Source of the DNA: Octopus vulgaris
Taxonomy: Eukaryota
NCBI GenBank assembly: GCA_951406725.2
Contig: OX597817.1
Span: forward strand, 87,544,001 to 87,608,000
DNA: 64,000 nucleotides
Direction of reading: 5' to 3'
The notes under the pieces: generated by a model
Seen by the model: only the letters and a program-made list of their open reading frames with translations
What the model was told of the DNA's origin: nothing
Database searches by the model: none
In this document: in pieces, positions 51,497 through 64,000 of the stretch
Layout of the letters: each line of letters opens with the position of its first letter
Numbering within the stretch: the first letter of the stretch is position 1
Translations under genes and position numbers: made by a program

Positions 51497-51848
51497 AAAG
51501 ACCCCCTTCTGTCATGACTGACGATGGGATTGCACGTAGAAATTTACCCTCCGTGGCAAAAGTTCGAGCAAGGTTGTTTTGGGAAGATCATTAGTCGTCC
51601 ATGGTACCAGCCTCCCCTCTCCACGTCACTGATGTTATCCAAGGGAAAGGCAAAGACCGATATAACTTGGCACTAGTGACGTCGCAATTCATTTCTACAG
51701 CTGAGTGAACTGGAGCAACGTGAAATAAAGTGTCTTGCTCAAGAACACAACAGACAGTCTAGTCCAGGAATAAAATTCACTACCTCATAATTGTGAGGTC
51801 AACGATCTAACCACTGCGACACTCTAACGACGCTCTTACCATGCGCCT
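51497..51848 (-). mobile_element. SINE family D (centre shared with family C, different tail)
   Basis: Core CTTGAGCAAGACACTTTATTTCACGTTGCTCCAGTTCAC shared with 59177-59470; tail ...CAATCCCATCGTCAGTCATGACAGAAGGGGGTC. Confidence 0.75.
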
Positions 51849-51865
51849 TTTATTTGATATTACTA

Positions 51866-52225
51866 AGGTGGTGAGCTAGCACACCGGGGAAAATGCTCAG
51901 CGGCATTTCGTCCGTCTTTATGTTCTGAGTTCAAATTACGCCGCAGTCGACTTTGCCTTTCATCCTTTTGGAGTTGATAAAATAAGTACCAGTTGAACAC
52001 TGGGGTCGATGTATTCGATTTACCCTTCCATCAAAATTGCTGGCCTTGTGCCTAAATATGAAACCAATATTACTGAAGATGTTTAAGGTAGCGAGCGAGC
52101 AGGCTGAATCGTTACCGAGCCGGACAAAATGCTTAGCGGCATTTCTTCTGGCTTTACACTCCTAATTAGAATTCCAACGTGGTCGACTTGGCCTTTCATC
52201 GTTTTGGGGTCGATAGAAATAAGAA
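51866..52225 (+). mobile_element. Two SINE family A copies
   Basis: GTCGACTTTGCCTTTCATCCTTTTGGAGTTGATAAAATAAGTACCAG and a second truncated copy. Confidence 0.85.
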
Positions 52226-55200
52226 CCTAATGCAGAAGAAGCTAGAGAGTTCTGAAGTAATATTTGGGATAAGCCAGTCAATCATAATGGAGATGTAGTA
52301 TGGTTTAAGAAAATGAGAGAAGAATTAGTGAGTGAGAAGCAGCCAGATCTAAGACTAATTAGTGCATTAATGAGTAAAGTGTTAGGGAAAATGCCGAATT
52401 TGAAGGGCCTAGGACAAGATTTAGGTCAGGGGTACTAGCTAAAGAAATTTAGTAGTTTACTTGGGAGGCTGAGGGAACAACTTCAGGATTGCCTTAATGG
52501 AGGAATACTACCAGATTGGATGACTAGAGGGATACAATACTCCCTATGAAAGCTAAAAGCAAGAGTAATACAGTTAGCAATTATAGACCAATCACTTGGT
52601 TACCATTAGTGTGGAAGCTGTTAACAGGAATGCTTTCAGAAAGCATTTACGAGCACCTTGACAACCAGAATGTACTGCCAGAAGAACAGAAAGGTTTCAG
52701 GAAGAATTCTAGGGGAACGTATGATCTATTATATATAAACAAAGCAGTTCTAAATGAAGTAAAAGCTAGAAAGAAAAATCTAGCAATAGCATGGATAGAT
52801 TATAAGATGGCCTATGACATGATCCCACACTCATGGATAAGTGAATGTTTGAGCATATTCAGTATAGCAGACAACATAAGAGAATTAATTAGCTTTAGCA
52901 TGACGAAATAGAAAGTAGATCTCTTTTCGGGTGACATACTCTTAGGGAAAGTTAATATCATGAGAGGAATTTTCATGGGGGACTTGTTACCCCCTTTAAT
53001 ATTTGTCTCATGTTTGATCCCCCTCAGTTTAGTATTAAGGAAGGCAAAGGCAGGGTATCAGTTCAGAAATAGTAAGGGTAAAATTAACCATTTGCTCTAC
53101 ATGGATGATCTAAAGATTTTTAGGAAGAATGAAAGAGATATATTCCTTAATACAGACTGTAAGACTCTTCAGCAAAGATATAGGCATGGAATTTGGCATA
53201 GATAAGCGTGCAACATTAGTCATGAGAAGATGACAGGTAGTCAACAGCGAAGGCATCCAATTACCAGATAGCCAGACATTAAAATTATTGAAAAGAGGAG
53301 AGAGTTATAAGTATCTAGGAGTATTAGAATCTGACAGATTACTAACTATAGAAATGAAAGCGAAAATCGAGAAGGTGTACATCAGAAGGTTGAGGAAGCT
53401 AATGAAGTGAAATCTAAATGGTCCAAATCTAGTGAAGGCTATAAATACTTGGGAAGTATCATCACTTAGATACTCAACAGCTTTTGTAGAATGGACCAAA
53501 ACTGAATTAGCAACGCTAGACAGAAGAACTAGGAAGGAATTCAATATGAATGGAGGACTCCACCCAAGAGCAGGAGTAGCAAGATTATACTTATCTAGAA
53601 AGGAAGGCAGAAAGAATTAATATCAGTAGGAGACTGCGTGGAGCTAACTAGAGTAGATATAGCCTCCTATGTAGGTAATTGTGAAGAAAGTTTATTAAAA
53701 ACTGACAGAGTCACAGCAAGACATAGGGAAACCAAAAAAACACGAAGTTAAAAACCAGAAAACCATGAATAAATGGCAGACAGTGCTACAGCTCTAGACA
53801 AAAGAGGGACTCATAAAAATGAAAGTCATCCCTGTTAGAAGAGGAATATTCCAGGGAGACACACTCGTTCCACTCCTTTTCTGCTTGGCACTGCCACCTT
53901 TATCTGACATGCTAAACAGAACTGAATGTGGATACAACTGTTATGGCACAACAATTAGCCACCTCTTATATATGGATTATCTAAAACAGTACGCTACAAA
54001 TGATAAACAGCTGCAAACATTACTACAGACAATACGTGGATTAACCAAAGAAATAATCATGAAATTTGGCTTAGAAGAATGTGCGAAACCAACCTCGAAA
54101 ACAGGAAAAGTAGTTAAGAGTAGCAACATCACACTAGATAAAGCAAATGAAATAAGAGCATTAGACCAAAGTCAGGCACACAAATACTTAGAAATCAATG
54201 AACTAGATACAATACAACACACACAAATGAAAGAGAAAATAAGAAAAGAATACTATAGACGAGTTAGATTAATACTGAAAACAAAGCTAAATGCAAAAAA
54301 AACAAGATAATAGGTATCAGTACTCTAGCCGTTCCAGTTATAAGTTACAGCTACAATATCCTTAACTGACTCTAAATGAACTAATCAAAATAGACAGGAA
54401 AACAAGAAAAATATTGACAGGTTTCAGGATGTACCACCCTCAATCTGACATAGAAATGTTATATATACAACGTATGGAAGTTGGTAGAGGCCTTATACAG
54501 CTAGAAAACTATTACAAAATAACCACCATAGGACTACCAAATTACCTACTTCAGAAGCAAGGAAAACTAATACAAATAGTCACAAAACACGAACAAAACA
54601 AAGAACTGTTTTCGGCTTTTAAGGAAGCTGACAAATACAAAAGAGAAGTCATAGTACCTGACAACTATGAAGAAAAAGAAGAAGCAACAAAAGCTGAAAG
54701 ATAACTGAAATTCAAACTAAAACTGGAACTGCAACGGATCATGATAAAGCGATGGCAAAAAAAGCCCTTTCATGGTAAATATTGGGTTAAACTAAACGCA
54801 AAAGAAATAGAGAACGCAAAATCCCAACAATAGCTGAGAAGCTCAGGACTCAAAGGAGAGACTGAAGGATTTTTAATTACTGCACAAGACCAAATCCTCC
54901 TCGCCAGAAATTATATATATCCAGGCTTGTCCATTGGACACTCTGCAACAGGTATGCACTTGACAGAGCAAACAATTGGTACGACCACAAACCTGAAGGC
55001 ATCATCTAAAATGGAAATGCGAAGATCCTATAGGATTTTATGATTCAGGGCGACCATGAGATAGAGAAAGAAAACAAACTATGCTGGATCATAGACATAG
55101 CATGCCCAGCTGACAACAAGGTATGCGATGAGGAAGAAAGAAAAGTCGAGAGATATAACAGGTTAGCTTGGGAAGTAAAGCAGTTGTGGTCGATGAAAAA

Positions 55201-55438
55201 GGTAGCAGTAGTATCAATAATTGTCGGAGCCCTGGGAACAGTGAGCAAAAATTTCGAGAAGTACATGGAACAAATAGGGGCTGCAATAAGGGTGGAGCAC
55301 TTGCAGAAAACAGCACTGCTTAGAACCGCTCTAATACTCTAGAAGGTGCTTGAAAAATAAGAGGTGTTACCTTAATTCATTGGTAGTGAACAGCTGACAC
55401 TGTAATACATTTCCAGCGTTAGAAGGTGTGCAAAGGCA

Positions 55439-55440
<2 letters not shown>
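52226..55440 (+). mobile_element. Composite of R4/Dong-clade LINE segments (two RT segments plus RLE) ending in (GAT)n
   Basis: Segment 1 (52226-~53750): NYRPITWLP, PEEQKGFR, WIDYKMAYDMIPHSW, RGIFMGD, HLLYMDDLK. Segment 2 (~53750-54915): RGIFQGD, HLLYMDYLK, FHGKY, TAQDQ. RLE (54920-55360): IDIACPAD..KVERY..LW..IVGALG. Confidence 0.9.
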
Positions 55441-55504
<64 letters not shown>

Positions 55505-55599
55505 GTGATGATGATAACGCAAACCTGGTCATCATCAGATTAACGATAACATGAACATGAATATCAATAAGTTAGCAATGAAAGTGTATGCTCCATCAA

Positions 55600-56300
55600 A
55601 TGTGCTTATATAGAAATATCAAAACCCAAGCAAATAAGGTAGAAAACAAATAAGTGGTAAAAAAGGATAGAAATACCGATTTGCAATAAAATCTATTACG
55701 AAGAGACAAAGCTTAGAATATAAAATAATGTAAAGATAAATTCTACAAAAATATAACAAAATAAAGAAGTGCCCGGAATCAAAGAACGTCTGAAACAATA
55801 TATCCTCACTAAACTGCAAAGAATCCGTCTTAGGAAAAAAAGCGGCAACTGTTCTTTGAACAAAACAAACAGTTGGACTCCAACCTAAAACGATTTTATC
55901 AAGAACTTTGTAAAAATTAAATGGAAATCAATGCATAACCAGCAGCAAGAGGGGAAGGAGAATGAGAAAGAGAAGTGTAGAAAAGAAAGAAAGGTTTCAT
56001 TACAGATGACATTGTTCAAAACAACGAACAGAGCACGTCATCAGTCATAGCACGCCATTTTACCACACGAAGTAGCCCAGATAATACCAGAAATAACTGG
56101 AAGACACCAGAAAATGTTATTTCTGATAAAAACATGTAACAGAATATATAAGTTAGTGTATATTATGAACATGGAAACCAGAGTCCAGACCAGACAGAGT
56201 CATTAAAGGGAATCCCGTTTTTAATTCCCCGGACTAAAGAAACAGCAAACCCTAAAACACACATGACCAACAACTCTACTTTCCTACAGATTACAGAACT
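55600..56300 (+). mobile_element. Highly decayed R4-clade LINE, pre-RT region
   Basis: IKERLKQYILTKLQRIR, FFEQNKQLDSNLKRFYQEL, NNWKTP, FLIPRTKETANPK. Confidence 0.55.
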
Positions 56301-56419
56301 TTCGTTGGCGCCAATGTCGTCGTCGCTGCTACTACTGCTGCTGCTACTGCTGCTGCTGCTGCCACTGTCATCAGTGTTCCTCTTCCTTTTATTTCTGCTT
56401 TCGATTTTGTGCAGTTTAT

Positions 56420-56816
56420 CTTTTATCTTTTATTTGTTTCAGTCATTAGACTATGGCTATTCTGGGGCACCGCCTTCGAAAGTTTTTAGTCGAATGAATC
56501 GACCCCAGGACCATTTTTTTAAAGCCTGGTACTTAATCTATCGGTGTATTTTGCCAAATTGCTAGGTTACGGTGATGACGTAAACATACTAACACCTGTT
56601 GTCAAGCTGTGGTGGAGGACAAACACAGACACAGAGACGCGCGCGCGCGTACATATATACGACAGGTTTCTTTTAGTTTCCGTATACCAGATCTACTCAC
56701 AAGGCTTCAGTCAGCCTGAGGCTATAGTAAAAGACGCTTGCCCATGGTACTAGCAGTGGGACTGAACCCGGAGCCATGTGGATGAGAAGCAAGCTTCTTA
56801 CCACACAGCCACGCCT
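56420..56816 (-). mobile_element. Full-length SINE family B
   Basis: Head AGGCGTGGCTGTGTGGTAAGAAGCTTGCTTC...CGGGTTCAGTCCCACTGC through tail ...TAATGACTGAAACAAATAAAAGA. Confidence 0.9.
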
Positions 56817-57204
56817 AGTTTCAAAAATCTCTTGGTTTCGGTAGAGACAATAATAGTGTGGGTTGCGTTGATAGCTTCAAGCAAGAAATCGTTGTCAGTG
56901 AAACGAATAAGGGAGGTATTCACTAGCAACCTCCCCTTACTTTCTGTTTAATTTTTCCCCTTCCCTCTATTACTGGCAACTGTCAAATTTGTTGTATATA
57001 TCTGTTTGATATTTCATAAATAATTTTTCCACAAAAATATATCAAGGCTTTGAGCTTATTGTAAAATATATGGTTTGAGTTTTTCCCGAAATTATGCAAT
57101 AGAAGCGCTTTTGATTTATTAATGAAACTTGATGAAACCATCACCAAACATATAGATATCAAACTGTTTATATTGCAGAACTGTGTACCACTCAAATGGA
57201 CTTA

Positions 57205-58600
57205 TTTTCAGTTGCATGGCCTGAAATATTGAAATTTATGTTCTTCAGTGACACAGTTCAAAGCGCTATGATCAGATATGAACTATCAACTTATTTCCTC
57301 CGCACTGATACTCTTCTTGGCTTTATTAGGAGTATACTATATCGCCAAAGGATTTGCTTATACCTTTTTCCGGTCCAGTACCATCCCCCATTTCCCTTCC
57401 ATTTACTACGTTTCTTTCCTTCTTTCTTTCTTTTTCTTTCTTCTTCCTTCCTTCCCTTCTTTTCTTTTTCTTCTTTCCTTTCTTTCTCTCCTCCTTTCGT
57501 TCTTTTTTCTTTTCTTTCTTCCCATTTTTCTTTTACCTTCTTTCTTTTCTTCCTTCCTTTATTTATTTATTCCGTTCTTTCTTTCTTCCTTTCTTTTTTT
57601 CCTTTCCTTCATCTTTCCTTTCTTTTTCATTCCTCCCTTCCCTTTTCTTTCTTTAATCCTTCCTTTCTTCCTTCCCTCTGTTTTCCTTCTTTCCTTCCTT
57701 CCTTTCTTTTTATCTTTCTTCTATTCTTTCTTTCCTACTCTCTTTCTTTCTTCCTTCCTTTCTTTCTTTCGCCTTTCTTTTTTACCTTCTTTCTTGCCTT
57801 CCTTCCTTTCTTTCATTCTTTCTTTCTCTCTTTCTTTCTTTCTATCTTTCTTCCGTTCTTTCTTTCCTATTCTCTTTCTTTCTGTCTTTCTTTCTTTCTT
57901 TCTTTCTTCCTTCCTTCCTGCCTTCCTCTCTTTCTTTTTCATGTACACGTAATACCGTTGCAGAAAAGACTCGAAGCTTGAATTGGAAAACTAAGCAGCA
58001 CTCATTGCAAGATTTATTGCTACAGCTCCATCTGGTTACTGTTAACAGCGTGGATTCGCTAACGAAATTAAAGTTTAGCTCGAACGACGCCATTTGTTTG
58101 TTTTGATAAGAAAGTAGTTAAGATAACACTGTAGTCGGTGAATGTAAGGTTAATGAAATTTACACAAAAAGTTATTTCCAGTTAATTTGCTTCAACACAT
58201 GTCAAAAAAAAAAAAGTCCCACAGATTTACTATTTACATTGATTTAAACGTTTGTAAATATAAAATGAGAGACAACTAGTTCCTGAAGGAAGAATGTTGG
58301 CGTTCATTAATCATAAATCATTATGCTTTGGCAATATGGTGGATGGTCGAGAAAATAAACTCCTATCATTCAGAACAGAAATCTCTTATGAGCGATGGTA
58401 AATGGAAGGGGAATGGGGGATAGTATTGAACTGAAATATGGTACAAGTAAATCCTTTGGCGATATAGCATACTGATAATAACGCCATGAAGAGTAACGGC
58501 TTGGAGGGAATAAGTCAATAATTCATATCTGATCATAGGGCTTTGAACTGTGTCATTGAAGAACATAAATTTCAATATTGCAGGCCATGTAACTGAAAGT
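57205..58600. repeat. Diverged ~200 bp inverted repeat pair (57205-57408 / 58395-58600) around a pyrimidine tract
   Basis: TTCAGTTGCATGGCCTGAAATATTGAAATTTATGTTCTTC...CCCTTCCATTTAC versus GTAAATGGAAGGG...GAAGAACATAAATTTCAATATTGCAGGCCATGTAACTGAA. Confidence 0.85.
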
Positions 58601-58626
58601 GAATGCACTCGAGAGTTCTGCTATAC

Positions 58627-58627
58627 A

Positions 58628-58699
<72 letters not shown>

Positions 58700-58786
58700 G
58701 AAAGGAAGAAAGAAAGAATGAATGAATGAATGAATGAATGAAAGAAAGAAAGAAAGAAAGAAAGAGAAAGAAAGAGAGAGAGAAAG

Positions 58787-58856
<70 letters not shown>
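58627..58856. repeat. (AAAG)n microsatellite
   Basis: Directly visible. Confidence 0.95.
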
Positions 58857-58857
<1 letters not shown>

Positions 58858-59176
58858 CGCGTTCAATAGAATAGACAGTGATCCTGTTTCGATTTCTGTT
58901 CCGACGCAATTCATTTTAAACATGCCACTAATCTTCAAAGGCAAATATAGACGTTACATAATCCATAACCCTTCGATTTAAAGCCAATGTCAAATGAAGT
59001 GTTTTGACTTTCAATAGGTCAGTAATAATCTATCAGAACCGTCTTTATTGACTAAAAATTGATTTAAAAAGTATCCTAGTACGGTGATGATATAACTATG
59101 CTATATCTCATCATTCAGAAATGTTGGCTTCTTTCTTAGAAACATTCAATATCAGAAATGAAATTAAATATATAAC

Positions 59177-59470
59177 TAGCACTCCGTCGGTTACCACGAT
59201 GAGAATTCCAGTTGATCCGATCAACGGAACAACCTGCTCGTGAAATTAACGTACAAGTGATCGAGTGCTCCACAGGCACACGTAGCTTTAACGTGACACA
59301 GAATGTGACAAAGCTGGCCCTTTGAAATGCAGGTACAACTCATTTTTGCCAGCTGGGTGAACTGGAGCAACGTGAAATAAAGTGTCTTGCTCAAGGACAT
59401 AATGCGCCGTTGGGAATCGAACTCACGATCGTGAACTGAATACCCTAACCACTAAGCGACGCACCTTCAC
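59177..59470 (-). mobile_element. SINE family C with 13-bp TSD
   Basis: TSD TTAAATATATAAC at 59164-59176 and 59471-59483. Confidence 0.9.
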
Positions 59471-60002
59471 TTAAATATATAACAGCACCTTCGTTATTGT
59501 CATTGATATGTAATTCTAGAACTGCAGGAATTTTCAGTTCCATAGTCTATAAACCACGTCACAGTTTTTCGAAGGTAACGGGACTTAGAAGGTTGAGCTT
59601 CTGTACTATAGTGACAAGTCGACATTGTGCATATATTATGACGAAGACATTTAACTATCAATAATCTTTTCTAACCAGAATTAAATATATTCCGTACAAG
59701 GGAGAAATAAACAGGACGGAAACACTGTTATCAATATGTTGTACCAAGGTAAATCCTGTCTTGAATAAAACTTCCTGTGGGCTGGTATTCCATCTCGAAG
59801 AAAGAGAGACTGAGTAGCAGATAGATAGATAGAGAGAGAGAGAGGGGGAGGGAGGGACTGATGGACGGACGGACGGACGGGCGGGCGGACGAACGCATAG
59901 ATGGACGGACGGATGGATGGATGGATGGATGGATGGATGGATGGATGGATGGATGGATCGATGGATGGATGGATGGACCGACAAATAGATAAACAGTCAG
60001 AT

Positions 60003-60225
60003 AAGTTTCTTTATTGGCCACACAGGGCTGCACACAGATGGGACAAGTTACAAGGTAGAGCTTTTCTTTTGGGGGATGAAAAAAACAAAAAAACAAAAGA
60101 AGAAAAAGGGGGGGGCGTAGGTTTTCGATCAAGAGGGATCGTAAAAGGGAAGAAAAGAACAAGAAAAAAAAGAATAAAAAAAAGAAAAAGAAAAGGAAAA
60201 GGAACAAAAGAAAAGAGAAATGAAA
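60003..60225 (-). mobile_element. Short 3'UTR copy of the Tx1/L1-like LINE
   Basis: CCCCAAAAGAAAAGCTCTAC...CAGCCCTGTGTGGCCAATAAAGAAAC matches 60312-60385. Confidence 0.75.
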
Positions 60226-60281
60226 TAGATAGATAGATAGATAGATAGATACATACATACATACATACATACATACATACA

Positions 60282-60311
<30 letters not shown>

Positions 60312-60312
<1 letters not shown>

Positions 60313-60828
60313 GTTTCTTTATTAGCCACACAGGGCTGAACACAGAGGGGACAAATTACAAAGTAGAGCTTTTCTTTTGGGGAGAAAAAAAAGTGGGGGT
60401 AGTTTTCGATAAAAAAAAAAAACGATCAATAGGGATCGTGTATCACAGAAATGTCATGATGTAAAGTATAAAGGAGGAAACAGATAAGGTTTATCCGTGG
60501 AAAGAAAAGCCTACGGAAAAGACCAGGGTAACCTCGGTCAATAATGTTTACATGTTAACACATTTATTTGCAAGTAAGTAACTCTCTGTTTTAAATTTTT
60601 CCGGGTTCATAGGATTATGCTCAAGGTGGCTTCGTCATTCATACGTGCCATCCTTGCTACATTCACCCATCTTTTTTTAAACATTCGCTAGACAAAACTT
60701 GCCTCTCTACTCTCACTTTCCTTTTCAAGTGATATTTGAAGAAGTTGATGAGAGATTGACCAGAGAGGAAAGTGTTTGTCTCTAATCCTTTCAGACGCGA
60801 CCACCAGATACATTCTTTCGCCATAGCC

Positions 60829-60829
<1 letters not shown>
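60312..60829 (-). mobile_element. Tx1/L1-clade LINE 3' end (ORF2 C-terminus plus 3'UTR) in GATA/CATA microsatellite
   Basis: AMAKECIWWSRLKGL...FFKYHLKRKVRVERQVL../KRWVNV resembles the AK..IW..R...R..E..F...W C-terminus of L1/Tx1 ORF2. Ends AATAAAGAAAC. Confidence 0.65.
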
Positions 60830-60861
<32 letters not shown>

Positions 60862-61788
60862 TATATAGAGAGAGAGAGAGATGTGTCTTTCAACGACGTA
60901 TTGTTGCGAAAAATTGTTATAAAATCGAAAACACTGTATTAATGACAATGGATGACAACTGAAGAAGAAACAAACATTACGTCACTAAAATATGGCAGAA
61001 AGGTTTTCTTGGGGAAGATTCGTGTAAGTGGAAACTGCCATTCTATAAAATGGTAAATAAAATTCCCTGAAATAGATTTCAGATTAAATTTCTCCATTAG
61101 CTGGAAACACCTTATTGCTATCGATCCAGAAAGAGTAATTTAGATTTATACCCTGCTCTCGTCTTGCTGATGCTAACTTTGAGTTAGGAAATGCTATGAA
61201 ATATATACGAGAGAAATGATGGAAGAGAATAAGAAATTCAATTAAGTTGGAAATATTAAAACGTAAACGAGACACTTAGACATTATAGAGAAGTGATAAA
61301 AATCTGTTGATATCTGGTAAGGAACAGCAAAGCTAGTAATGGCAAGGGGACAATTAACTGAAAGGGTAAAGAACTCCTTCACCAGGGCTTAATGTGGAGC
61401 AGTAAGGACAGTTGAAAGAACTTCTATGTGGTTACATGGTTTATAAGAAATAAAAGCCAAATCTCTTCCGAATTACTCCCTACCGTCATAAATAACCTGG
61501 AAGAGTAAACAGATTCAAAATGGATTAATTAAATAAAGAAGGATGTGTTATACGGCGTAGTATTTGAGAGACAAAAAGAAGCCACAGACATGGTTGGATC
61601 ACCGTTGATAATAATGTTCTCTACAAAGGGTGTCAGGGAAGAAGATAGATAGATAGATAGGGGGGTGAAAGGATGGATAGATGGATAGAAACATAGAGAG
61701 AGTTAGACAGAGAGATAGACAGACAGATGGATGGATGGGTGGATGGGTGGATGGATAGATGGACAAACGGACGGACAGACAGATAGAC

Positions 61789-61922
<134 letters not shown>

Positions 61923-61934
61923 GTAGGTAGGTAG

Positions 61935-62815
61935 ATATGACTGACAGAATGTGATTACTAAAGAAGCATGTACGATAACAAGGGATGTAGGAAAAGCAGT
62001 AAAATGTGACAACCAATGCAGACTTTGTGCGGTTATCACCGAAGATATCACCCACATATATAGTTGTCCGAAAATGTCATCGCGGTATTATCTACGGTTA
62101 TTATCATGATGTTGTAGCTAGGACACTCTATAAGGAAATCCGTCGGAAAGATAACCCCGAGGACAAAGAAATAAGAAGCTACTGTATGGTAGAATCCATA
62201 GCCACTCATAATAAAAAGGAATAATGGTGTAATGACCCAGTGAAAACCTCAATAAAATGTAAGCACAACAGATCTGATATAATGATTTAGGATGCAGAAG
62301 AGAAACTGTATACATTTGTGGAAATTAGTTGCCCACCGGATGTTAACATAAAGCTGAAAATCAGCGAAAAAGAGAGTATCTACGCTGAACTATTGAGAAA
62401 TCTGCAGCTACTCTATCCAGATTACAAGTTCAGGTTTACACCTGTAAAAATTTGTTGCCCTGGGATATGTAACCCACTGCATAAATACCAATCTTGAGAA
62501 ATTAGGCTTCTCAAAACTAGAAAGGAGAAAGCTAATTCGAAGACAACAGATCCAATCCATCACTGGGACTGTAAAATTTCCCAGAGGTTTATCATATTAT
62601 AAGGTTGTCCCAAAAGTTCGTAGAAAGTCTTGGAAAATAATGGTCTTTATTTTGAGGAATAATTTTTTTTGTTTTTGTTAGTACTTGGCGAGTAAAAATT
62701 CAATTTTCGCAAGTGTTTACGAACTTTTAGGACAACCTAATAATATATGAGCATGTCTAGATATGCAACTGTATGCATGAGAATATATACATAAAGCAAA
62801 ACATACAATCTGCAC
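61935..62815 (+). mobile_element. R4-clade LINE 3' fragment (CCHC, RLE, 3'UTR) ending in (CATA)n
   Basis: CDNQCRLCAVITEDITHI, HDVVARTLY, KHNRSDIMI, FVEISCPPDVNIKLKISEKESIYAELLRNLQLLYPDYKFRF; same family as 1500-1848. Confidence 0.85.
62600..62740. mobile_element. Mariner-type MITE inserted at the LINE stop-codon region
   Basis: TIRs TAAGGTTGTCCCAAAAGTTCGTA / TACGAACTTTTAGGACAACCTAA with TA at 62598-62599 and 62741-62742; absent from the 1500-1848 copy. Confidence 0.85.
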
Positions 62816-62934
62816 ACATACATACATACATACATACATACATACATACTTGCATACATACATACATACATACATACATACATACATACATACATACATA
62901 CATACATACATACATACATACATACGTACATACT

Positions 62935-63340
62935 AGCACAGATGTGGTTGTGTTGTAAGAAGCTTGCTTCCCAACCAGGTTCAGTCCTACTGCGTGACAC
63001 CTTGGACTAGTGTCTTCTGCTATAGACTTGGGCCAACCAAAGCCTTGTGAGTGGATTTGGTAAGTGGAAATTGGAGGAAGCCCATCGTGTGTGTGTGTGT
63101 GTGTGTGTGTATGTTTGTGCGTGTGTGCGTGTGCGTGTGTGTGCGTATTTCTTTGTGTCTCTGTTTTACCCCCAATCAGCGCTTGACAGCTGGTGCTGGT
63201 GTATTTACCTCCCCGTAACTTAGCGGTTCGGCAAAAAGAGACCGATAGAATAAGTACAAGGCTTAAGAAATAAGTCCAGGGATCGGTTTGTTCGACTAAA
63301 AGACCTTCAAGGTGGTGCTCCAGAATAGAGAATAAAGAAT
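62935..63340 (+). mobile_element. SINE family B
   Basis: GTAAGAAGCTTGCTTCCCAACC...CACCTTGGACTAGTGTCTT...GAGACCGATAGAATAAGTAC...GGTGCTCCAG. Confidence 0.9.
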
Positions 63341-63379
63341 GCATACATACATACATACATACATACATACATACATACA

Positions 63380-63580
63380 TAAGACGAGCTGGCAAAATCG
63401 TTAGCATGTCGGAGAAAATGCATGACGGCATTTCTTCTGGCTCTTTACATTGTGAGTTCAAATCCCGCCGAGGTCAATTTTGCCTTTTACCCTTTTTGTG
63501 TCGATAAAGCAAAGTACCACTCAATAACTAGAATAGATGTAATCGACTTGCCCATTCCCCAACAAAATTGCTGGCCTTGA
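63380..63580 (+). mobile_element. SINE family A
   Basis: GAGCTGGCAAAATCGTTAGC...GAGTTCAAATCCCGCCGAGGTC...AAAATTGCTGGCCTTG. Confidence 0.85.
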
Positions 63581-63837
63581 AGCCTGCTAGGAACGGTCCC
63601 GTTCGGGGAGTATATTGTAATTTCAGTCACTTACATACCATGGAAAGAGGTAACCAGCCTTATAAATCTTAGGCTCAAGAAACATAACATATATACGCAT
63701 ACAACTTATATAGTCTAAATATGTTTTATTGAGGAAGAATAATAACGTTGTTAAAACTATTTGGTTTTAAAGATTGGACCAACTCCAATCTGCACAGCCT
63801 AAAAGTTTTCGACCATGCCCTTGAAAATTTATTCTTC

Positions 63838-64000
63838 TATTCTTTTCCTTGTTTCAGCCATTTGACTGCGGCCATACTGGAGAACTGCTTTAAAGGGCAT
63901 TTTTTTTAGTCGAAGAAATCGACTCTAGGACTTATTCTTTGTAAACCTGATACTTATTCTATTGGTTTCTTTTGCCGAACCGCTAGATTACGGGGACGTA
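63838..64000 (-). mobile_element. SINE family B tail (continues past the window end)
   Basis: TTGTTTCAGCCATTTGACTGCGGCCAT...TTTTGCCGAACCGCTA...CGGGGACGTA. Confidence 0.85.

Noticed and set aside
45890-55440. Active RT-encoding genes or a retron/defence-type RT system
   Set aside because: All RT segments carry multiple stops and frameshifts and fit ordinary decayed R4-clade non-LTR retrotransposons.
57196-57981. Longest ORF (261 aa, Phe/Leu/Ser-rich, superficially membrane-like)
   Set aside because: It arises from a CT-rich low-complexity tract that cannot contain stops; overlapping frames are also open.

Overview
AT-rich, gene-poor eukaryotic DNA, intronic or intergenic. The dense (TA)n/(CATA)n/(GATA)n/(TAA)n microsatellites and the tRNA-derived SINE families point to an octopus (coleoid cephalopod) genome; this is my inference from repeat content. 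I found no intact protein-coding gene, rRNA, true tRNA or CRISPR array, and nearly all ORF-track entries are microsatellite translations or decayed transposon frames. The window holds several decayed R4/Dong-clade non-LTR retrotransposons (RT plus restriction-like endonuclease, RLE) sitting in (TAA)n or (CATA)n tracts. It also has Tx1/L1-like 3' ends in (GATA)n tracts, a Hero-like fragment, a Penelope GIY-YIG fragment, short Penelope-type elements with minimal hammerhead ribozyme motifs, Tigger, mariner, a Helitron, MITEs/foldbacks and at least four modular SINE families. A few candidate minus-strand micro-exons are weakly supported. The most unusual items are: (1) a 1.2 kb RT-less insert flanked by a target-site duplication (TSD), which splits a SINE tRNA head and encodes two diverged copies of an unrecognised ~70-aa domain; (2) a complete minimal hammerhead core at 24220-24263; (3) a Penelope end carrying a tRNA-like Pol III module; (4) a SINE subfamily sharing its 3' tail with the Tx1-like LINE; (5) apparent partitioning of LINE families by microsatellite target. 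Element boundaries were read by eye and are approximate unless a TSD or terminal inverted repeat (TIR) is quoted.
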